40,347 bases of DNA from a virus. Where the stretch lies: IMG/VR virus record IMGVR_UViG_3300049442_000178. One strand, written 5' to 3'. Below the pieces are notes generated by a model. The model worked only from the letters and a program-made list of their open reading frames with translations, had not been told where the DNA came from and searched no databases. Both the position numbers and the translations under genes were made by a program. How positions within the stretch are numbered: position 1 is the first letter of the stretch; every line of letters begins with the position of its first letter. Of this stretch, positions 27,100 to 34,454 are shown in pieces.

Positions 27100-28934
27100 A
27101 AGCGTCAGCTTCGGACGATCTTCCGATTCTGCCGGCCGAGGCGGTCCCGGCCTCGCCGTCGATTCCCGAGCAGCAACGCCAGCACGCGGCGGAGCAGCCG
27201 CCGGCCGCTCTCTCCGGCGACGATAGTTTCCCGCTTGTGCCGCCGTCCCCGCCCCCGCGCAGTTTCCTCAACCGATCATGGAGCACACTTCAGGACGCGG
27301 CCGCCGCACTCACACCGAACATGGACCCGAACGCGACGCCGGGACCAGGCAAGACATTAGCCGACAGCGTGGTGCGTGGTGTTGCCGATGTAACCCATCC
27401 ATCGATTGCGTGGCTCGCACGTCAGTTCGGCAACGACGAGCCAACGCAGCGGACTGAAGCCTGGCGCAAGGATTTCGAGGACAAGTATCGGGACAGCTCG
27501 TTGGCCACGGCAGGGCGCGTCGCCGGGCAGATGATAGGAGCCGCGCCGGTAATGATGGCCGGTGGTATGGCGGCTCGTGCTGCCGCGGAAGCGGTGCCGG
27601 CCATTGCGCCTGCGTTGACGTTCCTGGGCGGCGGCGGCAGCGCTGGGGCTGACGCAGGCCTTGTGACACGGCTGTTAGCACGCGCAGGCTCGACGGCTGC
27701 TCAGGGAGCGATACAGGGCGGCGTCCAGGGTGGGCTGACCGCCGGCCCGGACCAGTCAACGCTGAGCGGTGCGGTAAGCGGTGCGGAGACGGGCGCCGCA
27801 CTGGGGCCGGTGGCCGCGGCTGTCGGCAAGCTGCTGAGTTACCCGGTGCAGGGGTTGGCGGCCTTGAGAGGCACGCTCCCGAATCTGGTGCAAAAAGATA
27901 TCGCGCCACTAGCGGATAAATTTGTCAATGAATACAAAATCCAGCTTGACCCATCGCAACTGACCACAAACCCGTGGCTCAGACAGGTGACGGATCAATT
28001 AAGTAAACTGCCTGCCGCGGGTTCGGCTGAGCGGATAGCACAGGGCCGCTTGCAGTGGCAGAAGGCGCTGGCGGGAGAAATGGGAGAATCCACCGATAGC
28101 GGCATCACGCACAACGTGATGGCGAGCGCGCGCGATCGTATTCAGCCGGGCATGGACGCGATCGTGAACAACAACGTGGCGAAAGCGGATGGGGGTTTTT
28201 ACCGGGACCTTGCTCAGCACGCTCAGGAGCTGCCGAAGTTCGGCCCGACTGCGGACCAGCTGGCGCCGATCAAGGCGCAATTCCAGAACGTCATGAACGC
28301 AGTTAAAGACGGAAAGATTGACGGCCCGACCTACCAGAACCTGACGCAAAAAGGAGGGCCGCTAGACACCGCCATCGGCAGCACGGACCCGTTGGTGAGC
28401 GGATTCGCCATGAAGCTGAAAGACGCGGTGGACGGTGCGTTCCAGCGCTCGGTTACACCGGAAACCGCGGCGAAATGGCAGCAACTGCGCTACCAGTATC
28501 GGGTGATGAAGACGATTGAGCCTCTGGTCGAGCAGAAGGGGCTGACTGGGGACATTGATCCAAATGCGTTGCTTCAGCGGGTGCGGGCTCAGTCGGCGAA
28601 ATTCGACAGCAGCAATCAAGGACTGGCATACACAGGTGGCGGCAAGCTCGGTGATCTGGCCTACGGCGGGCAGATATTTTTTGGGAAGCCGGCGGACAGC
28701 GGCACGGCTGGGCGTACGTGGGCGCAGCACTTCGCGGACAAGCCTTTGGCAGCAATAGCAACATCGCCGGTTTTACTTGCCAACCGAGGTCTGCAGTCGG
28801 TCGTGCGTAATCCAGCGACAGGCGCACGGATGATTGCGAACACTATAAACCCGCCCGCCCCGGTGCCGAACCTGGTGCAGCAATTCGGCGTTCCGGCCGT
28901 TGTCTCGACCCGGAATCTTTTGGGCATCCAGTAG
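27090..28934 (+). CDS. Putative internal virion / ejection protein (614 aa).
   Basis: Overlaps the SLT protein's 3' end and is the last gene of the late block. Has a Gly/Ala-rich hydrophobic stretch. Function assigned from position only. Confidence 0.4.
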   Translation: MAIEASASDDLPILPAEAVPASPSIPEQQRQHAAEQPPAALSGDDSFPLVPPSPPPRSFLNRSWSTLQDAAAALTPNMDPNATPGPGKTLADSVVRGVADVTHPSIAWLARQFGNDEPTQRTEAWRKDFEDKYRDSSLATAGRVAGQMIGAAPVMMAGGMAARAAAEAVPAIAPALTFLGGGGSAGADAGLVTRLLARAGSTAAQGAIQGGVQGGLTAGPDQSTLSGAVSGAETGAALGPVAAAVGKLLSYPVQGLAALRGTLPNLVQKDIAPLADKFVNEYKIQLDPSQLTTNPWLRQVTDQLSKLPAAGSAERIAQGRLQWQKALAGEMGESTDSGITHNVMASARDRIQPGMDAIVNNNVAKADGGFYRDLAQHAQELPKFGPTADQLAPIKAQFQNVMNAVKDGKIDGPTYQNLTQKGGPLDTAIGSTDPLVSGFAMKLKDAVDGAFQRSVTPETAAKWQQLRYQYRVMKTIEPLVEQKGLTGDIDPNALLQRVRAQSAKFDSSNQGLAYTGGGKLGDLAYGGQIFFGKPADSGTAGRTWAQHFADKPLAAIATSPVLLANRGLQSVVRNPATGARMIANTINPPAPVPNLVQQFGVPAVVSTRNLLGIQ

Positions 28935-29043
28935 AGCTGAACCAGTTGATGCTGGCGATTTTGAGCAGGACATACACCAGCAGGCACAACGCCGCATAGA
29001 TGATCCATCCGACCACGAACACAGTTACGATAGTTTCGACCAT
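28843..29043 (-). CDS. Possible small membrane protein (66 aa); holin-like topology; weak call.
   Basis: N-terminus MVETIVTVFVVGWIIYAALCLLVYVLLKIA is strongly hydrophobic and is followed by a basic tail. The last 92 nt overlap the convergent gene 27090..28934, and that part looks off-frame. Confidence 0.3.
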   Translation of the reverse strand: MVETIVTVFVVGWIIYAALCLLVYVLLKIASINWFSSTGCPKDSGSRQRPERRIAAPGSAPGRAGL

Positions 29044-29049
29044 GGGCCC

Positions 29050-29121
29050 CTAGAATCGCGTTTCCATTATCAGGCACTTGAGAACCCAGACCGCGAAAGC
29101 AAATCCGAGCAGGGTGATCAT
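29050..29121 (-). CDS. Possible 23-aa hydrophobic peptide; weak call.
   Basis: My own translation: MITLLGFAFAVWVLKCLIMETRF. The start lies 4 nt after the upstream stop (29126). Confidence 0.2.
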   Translation of the reverse strand: MITLLGFAFAVWVLKCLIMETRF

Positions 29122-29125
29122 GGCG

Positions 29126-29884
29126 TCAGCGCACCATCGCGCGCAGGCCGAATGCCCGATTACGGGCCAGATTACCGATTGGTGGAGGGTTGCCACCTAT
29201 CACCTGTGGCACTCCGCCCCCGCCTTCGGTGCGGAATCGCGCCGGCCCAGCCGCCTCAAGGGCCCTGGATTTGCGCTTCGGCTGTGGGCTGGCAGCCTCT
29301 GGCTTGACGGCTGGCATGCGCTCCAGCCACGCCTCAAGTTTAGCAATGGTCGGCTTGCCGGCCACCGCGCCTGTAGGTGTCAGATAGGAAGTGAGCGATT
29401 GAGGAGGGATGCCGATCTCAGCGGCGATTTCCGGCTGACTGAGCCCCCGCGCCTTGCGCTGCTCTGCGATGGCGGCTTTGAACATCGGTCGCTTTTGCTC
29501 CCATTCCGCCGGGGCGTGGCGTTGTCCGCCTGTCCTATGCCACATGGCGCGCACAACCTGGGCAGCGCCGGCTAATTGAACATCGAATGGCTTGGGCACC
29601 CGTCCTGCGTCGAAATCAATCAGCGCGATCTGCGCTCGACGCGGGGTCAGGTAGATATAGCGCAACTCTCGAACCGGGTCCGTCCAGCGAATGGTGGACA
29701 GGTCCACCGACACGGATTGCGCATTCGGCACGGCGGTCTTGATGGCATCTGCGATCATGCAATGCCCACTATCGCGTTTCGTCGCTGCGCGGATGATCTC
29801 GGCGGAGACCGGAATCGTGATGCGTGGTGCCCGCGGGCCTGGCCGTCGAGCAATTCTGCCGACTGGTTTTGTGCTCTTGGTCAT
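29126..29884 (-). CDS. DNA-binding protein with an XRE-type helix-turn-helix in its C-terminal half (252 aa).
   Basis: Start moved to ATG 29884 (AAGGAG upstream), because the longer ORF overlaps erf. HTH segment: RKARGLSQPEIAAEIGIPPQSLTSYL. Confidence 0.6.
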   Translation of the reverse strand: MTKSTKPVGRIARRPGPRAPRITIPVSAEIIRAATKRDSGHCMIADAIKTAVPNAQSVSVDLSTIRWTDPVRELRYIYLTPRRAQIALIDFDAGRVPKPFDVQLAGAAQVVRAMWHRTGGQRHAPAEWEQKRPMFKAAIAEQRKARGLSQPEIAAEIGIPPQSLTSYLTPTGAVAGKPTIAKLEAWLERMPAVKPEAASPQPKRKSRALEAAGPARFRTEGGGGVPQVIGGNPPPIGNLARNRAFGLRAMVR

Positions 29885-29957
29885 AGGATTGCGCTCCTTG
29901 GATGACGTGTCCAGTTCCTTTGGAACCAAAAGAGCTAGACTACGCTCAAGGGTCGTG

Positions 29958-30815
29958 TCAAGCGCGCCACCTGTCGCCGGCGGTGATCGCCGGGTCAACG
30001 TCGCCCGTGCCCTCGTCGCCAATGATGTGCGCCAGGTCCGCCCGACCGTAGGCCGCCGTGAATGCGTCCACGACGCGGGCGGCGCGTTCGGACTGCACCG
30101 CGCCTTCGCCGGCGGCGGCCAGCACGCGCTTGACATCGCTGCGCTCGGCGATGGCATCGACGCCGAGGCGGCTCTGTGCCTGGGCCAGATCCGTTTCGAG
30201 CGCGAGCATCCAAGCGTCGAATTTCGACAGCGACTTGTGGGGCGCCGTCTGAACTGGTGCCGGTGCGGACGCTATGCGACGCGTAGCCTCGCCGTCGTCA
30301 TCGTCGTCCACCAGCGTGATGTTGAGCGCCATCGTCAGCAGGTAGCGGCGCAGGTAGGTAACCGTGCTGCCGATCGCCTGCACGCCGGTTTTGCTCTGCT
30401 TCCCGCCCGTGCCCACGGCATCGATCGGCGCGGACAGCCCGAGCGTTTCCGAGTGACCGCCGACGTGCGAAAGGGTGCATGTGACGTGCACGCGCCCGTC
30501 TGGTGTTGGCTCGGAGCCAAACCGCACGCTAAATCCGTGGCGGCTGTAGATGGGCCGCACGGCCTCATCGATCGTCTCCAGCTTGGCGTAGCGGGTGCCC
30601 AGATGCGGGTTGCGGGCATCGCGGGCTACCGGCTCCAGTTCGCCGGCAACCGCCGACAACGCCTCGGTGAATGCCTGCTTGGCCCGGGTACGCATGACGC
30701 GTTCCTGCATTTCGAGCAGTGCGGCGAGTTTGCCGACATCAACGCTGGGATCGCGGGACGCTCGCTCGATAATGTTGAGCAGCGAGACGGGCGGCGTGGT
30801 GATGATGTCGGACAT
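29958..30815 (-). CDS. erf: ERF-family single-strand annealing recombinase.
   Basis: The RYAKLETIDEAVRPIYSRHGFSV ... VQAIGSTVTYLRRYLLTMALNITLVDDDDDGE segment matches the ERF pattern (xY..L..v.....P.l.k.G ... TYarRY...llgi..eDDDdg). Start ATG 30815 has GGAGAG upstream. Confidence 0.75.
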   Translation of the reverse strand: MSDIITTPPVSLLNIIERASRDPSVDVGKLAALLEMQERVMRTRAKQAFTEALSAVAGELEPVARDARNPHLGTRYAKLETIDEAVRPIYSRHGFSVRFGSEPTPDGRVHVTCTLSHVGGHSETLGLSAPIDAVGTGGKQSKTGVQAIGSTVTYLRRYLLTMALNITLVDDDDDGEATRRIASAPAPVQTAPHKSLSKFDAWMLALETDLAQAQSRLGVDAIAERSDVKRVLAAAGEGAVQSERAARVVDAFTAAYGRADLAHIIGDEGTGDVDPAITAGDRWRA

Positions 30816-30816
30816 G

Positions 30817-31245
30817 TCAGGCTCTCCGTTTGGGACGAGCAACTATTTCCCCGTCCTCGGTTATTATCTTGAGTTGCACCTGGTCGAACTGCAGCGGGAA
30901 CGTAAATTCCTCGACTAGGGCGGGGTGCATTTTCCGCAGTTCCTTCCAGTCGGTTTTATCCTGCGTGATGGTCAGCACCTCGGCGACAAACTTATTCCCC
31001 GTGCGTGCCGATGGATCGCTCAAGAGCAGAGCACGGAGACTGTCCTCCCGCTCCCGCAGCGCCTTGATTTCATCGCGGGTGGCGGCGAGTTCGTCGGCCG
31101 GCGGGACGTTGGGGCGATCGAACGGCAGATCCCTGATTTTCCCCCACAGTGTGCTGAGGGCGTGACGTGGCGGCTGGTCGTCATCCCACAAGGCTATTTC
31201 CGCCTCGATCAGCGCCATGATCTGCTGGCGTATTTCCTCGCTCAT
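30817..31245 (-). CDS. Hypothetical early protein (142 aa).
   Basis: Tightly packed with neighbours (stop adjacent to the erf start). Acidic helical N-terminus. Confidence 0.55.
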   Translation of the reverse strand: MSEEIRQQIMALIEAEIALWDDDQPPRHALSTLWGKIRDLPFDRPNVPPADELAATRDEIKALREREDSLRALLLSDPSARTGNKFVAEVLTITQDKTDWKELRKMHPALVEEFTFPLQFDQVQLKIITEDGEIVARPKRRA

Positions 31246-31478
31246 GCGGCGTCTCCGGGATCGGGGTCAGCGTCGGACCCGTGCGGGTGCAGCCCGATTA
31301 CCTGCACCGGCTTGCGCGGGCGTCCGGTGGCGGGGCGCTGGCCGGTGGCGCGCTCGACGGCGATGATCATGGCCCGCACCTCGTGGAGGCGGGCTTGGAG
31401 ATCGACCAGGGCAGTCGTGAGTTCCTGTTCCCGTTTGCGGAGCCAGTCGAGGCCGGTGATGTTGGTGGTGTCGTTCAT
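31242..31478 (-). CDS. Hypothetical early protein (78 aa).
   Basis: ATGA overlap with the downstream gene. Coiled-coil-like LRKREQELTTALVDLQARLHEVRAM. Confidence 0.5.
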   Translation of the reverse strand: MNDTTNITGLDWLRKREQELTTALVDLQARLHEVRAMIIAVERATGQRPATGRPRKPVQVIGLHPHGSDADPDPGDAA

Positions 31479-31529
31479 GGTGCGTCTCCGAGGAGTTGGG
31501 ACGCCGGCGCGAACCGACGCCCCGATAGA

Positions 31530-31664
31530 TCAGAAGCAGTAGGTGTTGCACTGCTGCTGATTGCCGATCGTGTAGCAGTTGGTGGTGCAGGTGTAGGCGT
31601 CGGCGGCGCTGGAGAGGACGGCGAGGCCGAGCAGCAGCAGGGCGGCGGTGATGATGTTGCGCAT
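31530..31664 (-). CDS. Small secreted Cys-rich peptide precursor (44 aa; predicted 21-aa mature peptide with 4 Cys).
   Basis: AGGAGA lies 7 nt upstream of ATG 31664. Signal peptide MRNIITAALLLLGLAVLSSAADA (A-D-A). Mature peptide YTCTTNCYTIGNQQQCNTYCF has two CxxxC motifs. Confidence 0.6.
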   Translation of the reverse strand: MRNIITAALLLLGLAVLSSAADAYTCTTNCYTIGNQQQCNTYCF

Positions 31665-31697
31665 GGCGTTGTCTCCTGGTGTGTTGTAGCGACTGCA

Positions 31698-31747
31698 CGC
31701 ATACGCTTCGGTTGACGGTGTGTCAACGGCACAATACACTACGCGCC
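31698..31747. promoter_or_regulatory. Divergent promoter/operator. The palindrome GTTGAC-N5-GTCAAC (31711-31727) contains the -35 boxes of both promoters.
   Basis: Plus strand: TTGACG (31712-31717), 17 nt, TACACT (31735-31740), then ATG at 31748 with no SD. Minus strand: TTGACA (rc of 31721-31726), 17 nt, TATGCG (rc of 31698-31703). Confidence 0.55.
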
Positions 31748-31951
31748 ATGAATGACGATCAGATCCTCCGCCTGCTGTCGCGGTCCATCCGCGAGGCGGG
31801 CAGTCTACGTAAGTGGGCAGCGGCGCACGACATCAGCCCGAGCTATGTCTCGTCGGTGCGACTCGGGCGAAACCCGCCGGCGGACAAAATCCTGCGAGAG
31901 CTGGGGCTAGAGCGTCGGGTGACGGAGACAGTGCAACGGAGGCGGGCGTGA
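31748..31951 (+). CDS. Cro/YdaS-like helix-turn-helix regulator (67 aa), probably translated from a leaderless mRNA.
   Basis: HTH segment GSLRKWAAAHDISPSYVSSVRLGRNPP. ATG lies 7 nt after the predicted -10, with no Shine-Dalgarno. Confidence 0.55.
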   Translation: MNDDQILRLLSRSIREAGSLRKWAAAHDISPSYVSSVRLGRNPPADKILRELGLERRVTETVQRRRA

Positions 31952-32103
31952 TAGGACCGGCGCCGGTTGATCTGTGGGAGCGTGTAATCGCCCGCCTCGC
32001 ACAAATTATCGCAGATCGAGAATTAGGCTTGCCGAAGCCGACTGTGGTGCCGTTCCGGGAGCCGGCGCCGACAGTTCGTAAGGACGAGCGCCCGGATGGG
32101 TGA
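31948..32103 (+). CDS. Possible small protein (51 aa).
   Basis: GTGA overlap with the upstream gene. The 3' end overlaps the next ATG. No domain recognised. Confidence 0.3.
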   Translation: MIGPAPVDLWERVIARLAQIIADRELGLPKPTVVPFREPAPTVRKDERPDG

Positions 32104-32839
32104 CCTGCACGTTGTGGCGCTATCCGGCGGGGCCGACAGCAGCGCCATGGCATTGCGGCTGCACGAGATGCACCCGGACATCCCCTACGCCTACGTCTGC
32201 ACACCGACTGGCGACGAGCTACCCGACATGTTTTCGCACTGGCGGCGGCTGTCCGATCTCCTCGGGTCGCCCATCCAGCCGATCATGCACAACCGAATGC
32301 TGCGCGGGCTGATCGACGACCAGCAAGCGCTTCCTAATCACCGGCAACGCTGGTGCACGCGCATGCTCAAGATCGAGCCCTATGCGGCATGGTTGATGCG
32401 CCAGTCGGATACGCACGACCGGATCGTGTCCTACGTTGGCCTGCGGGCGGACGAGCCGTTGCGCGAGGGTGGGGACTATAGCGACGTTCCGGGTGTCGAG
32501 CGCGCGTTTCCGCTGCGTGACTGGGGGTGGGGGCGAGGCGATGTGCTGGCCTATCTGCGCGAGCGTGGGGTGACGATCCCGAGACGCACTGATTGCGCGC
32601 GATGCTTCTGGCAATCGCTGCCTGAGTGGCATGACCTGTGGCGCGACCATGCGGACATTTGGGCTGACGCGGTGGCACAGGAGGACGCGACTGGGCATAC
32701 TTTCCGTAGTCCCGGGCGTGATACGTGGCCGGTGGGGCTGCGCGAGCTCGGGGAGCGGTTTGGCCGTGGCTACGTTCCGCGCGAACAGCACGATTTATTT
32801 GAGGCGCTCGGGCTGCGGTGCCGGGTGTGCAGGATCTGA
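32096..32839 (+). CDS. PAPS-reductase-family / PP-loop ATPase protein.
   Basis: PP-loop VVALSGGADSSAM. RWCTRMLKIEP, VGLRADEPLRE and FPLRDWGWGRGDVLAYLRERGVTIP follow the order of conserved blocks in the PAPS_reduct family. Confidence 0.65.
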   Translation: MGDLHVVALSGGADSSAMALRLHEMHPDIPYAYVCTPTGDELPDMFSHWRRLSDLLGSPIQPIMHNRMLRGLIDDQQALPNHRQRWCTRMLKIEPYAAWLMRQSDTHDRIVSYVGLRADEPLREGGDYSDVPGVERAFPLRDWGWGRGDVLAYLRERGVTIPRRTDCARCFWQSLPEWHDLWRDHADIWADAVAQEDATGHTFRSPGRDTWPVGLRELGERFGRGYVPREQHDLFEALGLRCRVCRI

Positions 32840-33291
32840 TGGCTAGCTACCACGACGAGGCGTTTTGCAAGATCCTCCATGCCCTGTGGATGCAGCGCCC
32901 GCAGCTATCGTGCCTCCAGATCGGTGCGATGACGGGCCTCACCGTTGGCCAGATCGTGGGGCTGGTGCGGCGCTGTGGCTGGCCGCACAGGCCGAGGGTG
33001 GTACCGGTGCGCAAGCCGGCTCCCGAGCCTGTGGCGCCCGTGCCGGAGCCGCCTCCGCCCGTGCGGGCTGCGCCCAAGCCGTCCCCGCCGTCGCCGGCAA
33101 CATGCCAATGGCCGCTGTGGGCGCATGACGAGCGGGCTCCGAAGCCGCCGCGGTTCTGTGGCGCAGCCGTGGTGCCGGGGCTGAGCTACTGCCGGGAACA
33201 CGAGCGCGTCTGCTTCATTCGCCCGCCACGGCATCGGGCGGAGGATGGCGGCACGTCATACATGATCCGGCATTCTCGGTTGGTGCTGTGA
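32839..33291 (+). CDS. gcrA: GcrA-like cell-cycle regulator homologue.
   Basis: N-terminal HTH-like LWMQRPQLSCLQIGAMTGLTVGQIVGLVRRCGW. Pro-rich linker. C-terminal CQWPLW....FCGAAVVPGLSYCREHERVCF fits the GcrA pattern C.WP.G...F.FCG...G.PYC..H. Confidence 0.7.
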   Translation: MASYHDEAFCKILHALWMQRPQLSCLQIGAMTGLTVGQIVGLVRRCGWPHRPRVVPVRKPAPEPVAPVPEPPPPVRAAPKPSPPSPATCQWPLWAHDERAPKPPRFCGAAVVPGLSYCREHERVCFIRPPRHRAEDGGTSYMIRHSRLVL

Positions 33292-34454
33292 GCGCGTATT
33301 ACAATGAGCACGACCGGTTCTGCGCGGGGTGGCTCCGCAATTTGGCCGCAGCTGGACTTATTCCCGCAGGCGACGTTGACGAGCGAAGCATTGTCGATGT
33401 CAGTCCCGGCGATCTCCGAGGCTACACCCAATGCCACTTCTTCGCCGGGATCGGCCTCTGGAGCCACGCCCTCCGCCTCGCCGGCTGGCCCGACGATCGC
33501 CCCGTCTGGACCGGCTCGTGCCCATGCCAACCAATTTCGGTCGCAGGGCAGCAACGAGGCGCTGCCGACGAGCGCCACCTCTGGCCCGCTTTTTACAGCC
33601 TCATCGCCGAGCGCAAGCCTCCAGTGGCGTTTGGGGAGCAGGTTGGAGGCGCGGCTGGCCGGGAGTGGCTGTCGGCTGTACGCCTTGACTTGGAGGACGC
33701 AGGATATGCCTGCGGGGCCGCCGATCTGTGCTCTGCGGGCGTCGGCGCGCCGAACATCCGGCAGCGGCTCTTCTGGGTGGCCGACGCCGACATCTGTCGA
33801 GCGCAGCCGCGACGAGGAGACGCTGGCGAAATGTGCGGAGTTCCGGAAGCGCAACGCGGGCCAGAACACGGTGCCGCTGTATCTGGGGGAGACTGCGCAA
33901 CTGGCAGGCTGGCCGACGCCACGGGCCGGGAACAATGCGGGCCACGGCAACATCGACAGGACGAACGACCCGGGGAACGTGCGCCTGGAAGACACGGCGC
34001 AGCTGGCGGGGTGGGGCACGCCGACATCGCAGGACGGGGAGCACGCGGGGGTGAGCCCGGCGGAAGCGGCCCGCGATCCGAACAATCTGCGGACACAGGT
34101 TCATATGGCGGGCTGGGCAACACCGGCATCGCGCGACTACCGGACGCCGAACCACTCGACCTATGCGGAGCGGGGCGGCGGGACGAAGGGCGAGCAGCTC
34201 CAGAACCAGGCGGCCCACGCGCTCCATGGCGCGAGCTTGAGTGGATCGACTGCCTTGACGGAAAGCGCCGGCCTTCTCAATCCATATTTCAGCTCATGGC
34301 TGATGGGCATTCCGAGAGTCTGGCTAGAGCACGCACCTTCCCCCTTGCCCCGCGTCAGCCGGGCGACGTCGGCAAACTCAGGGCAATCGGCAACGCGATC
34401 AACCCGGTCGTCGCGGCGCAGTTCATAGCGGCGTGGATGGAGTGCGCGCCGTGA
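33288..34454 (+). CDS. DNA (cytosine-5) methyltransferase. The longest ORF is given here; coding signal in the middle third lies in the +1 frame (see findings).
   Basis: In this frame: motif I FFAGIG (33438-33455), IV CPCQP (about 33522), VI FGEQV (about 33633), VIII NIRQRLFWV (about 33753-33779), X IGNAINPVVAAQF (about 34384-34420). ORF 33304..34428 (+1 frame) carries four GW[PGA]TP repeats and LNPYFSSWLMGIPRVW. Confidence 0.75.
   Translation: MSAYYNEHDRFCAGWLRNLAAAGLIPAGDVDERSIVDVSPGDLRGYTQCHFFAGIGLWSHALRLAGWPDDRPVWTGSCPCQPISVAGQQRGAADERHLWPAFYSLIAERKPPVAFGEQVGGAAGREWLSAVRLDLEDAGYACGAADLCSAGVGAPNIRQRLFWVADADICRAQPRRGDAGEMCGVPEAQRGPEHGAAVSGGDCATGRLADATGREQCGPRQHRQDERPGERAPGRHGAAGGVGHADIAGRGARGGEPGGSGPRSEQSADTGSYGGLGNTGIARLPDAEPLDLCGAGRRDEGRAAPEPGGPRAPWRELEWIDCLDGKRRPSQSIFQLMADGHSESLARARTFPLAPRQPGDVGKLRAIGNAINPVVAAQFIAAWMECAP

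Noticed and set aside
28900-29307. 135-aa plus-strand ORF continuing beyond the late operon.
   Set aside because: It overlaps the end of gene 27090-28934 in another frame and runs antisense to the supported minus-strand HTH gene. It has no SD and poor composition.
29885-29957. Hairpin GTTCC-TTT-GGAAC between erf and the HTH gene as a terminator.
   Set aside because: The stem is only 5 bp and there is no U tract. The downstream gene has its own SD and is probably co-transcribed.
29126-30157. Full 343-aa version of the minus-strand HTH protein.
   Set aside because: The first 91 codons overlap the 3' part of erf and look off-frame (Pro/Ser/Ala/Arg-rich). ATG 29884 has an AAGGAG Shine-Dalgarno in the erf-proximal intergenic gap.
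29691-30872. 393-aa plus-strand ORF.
   Set aside because: It is antisense to the clearly recognisable ERF recombinase gene. The translation has no motifs and an Arg/Gly/Ala bias.
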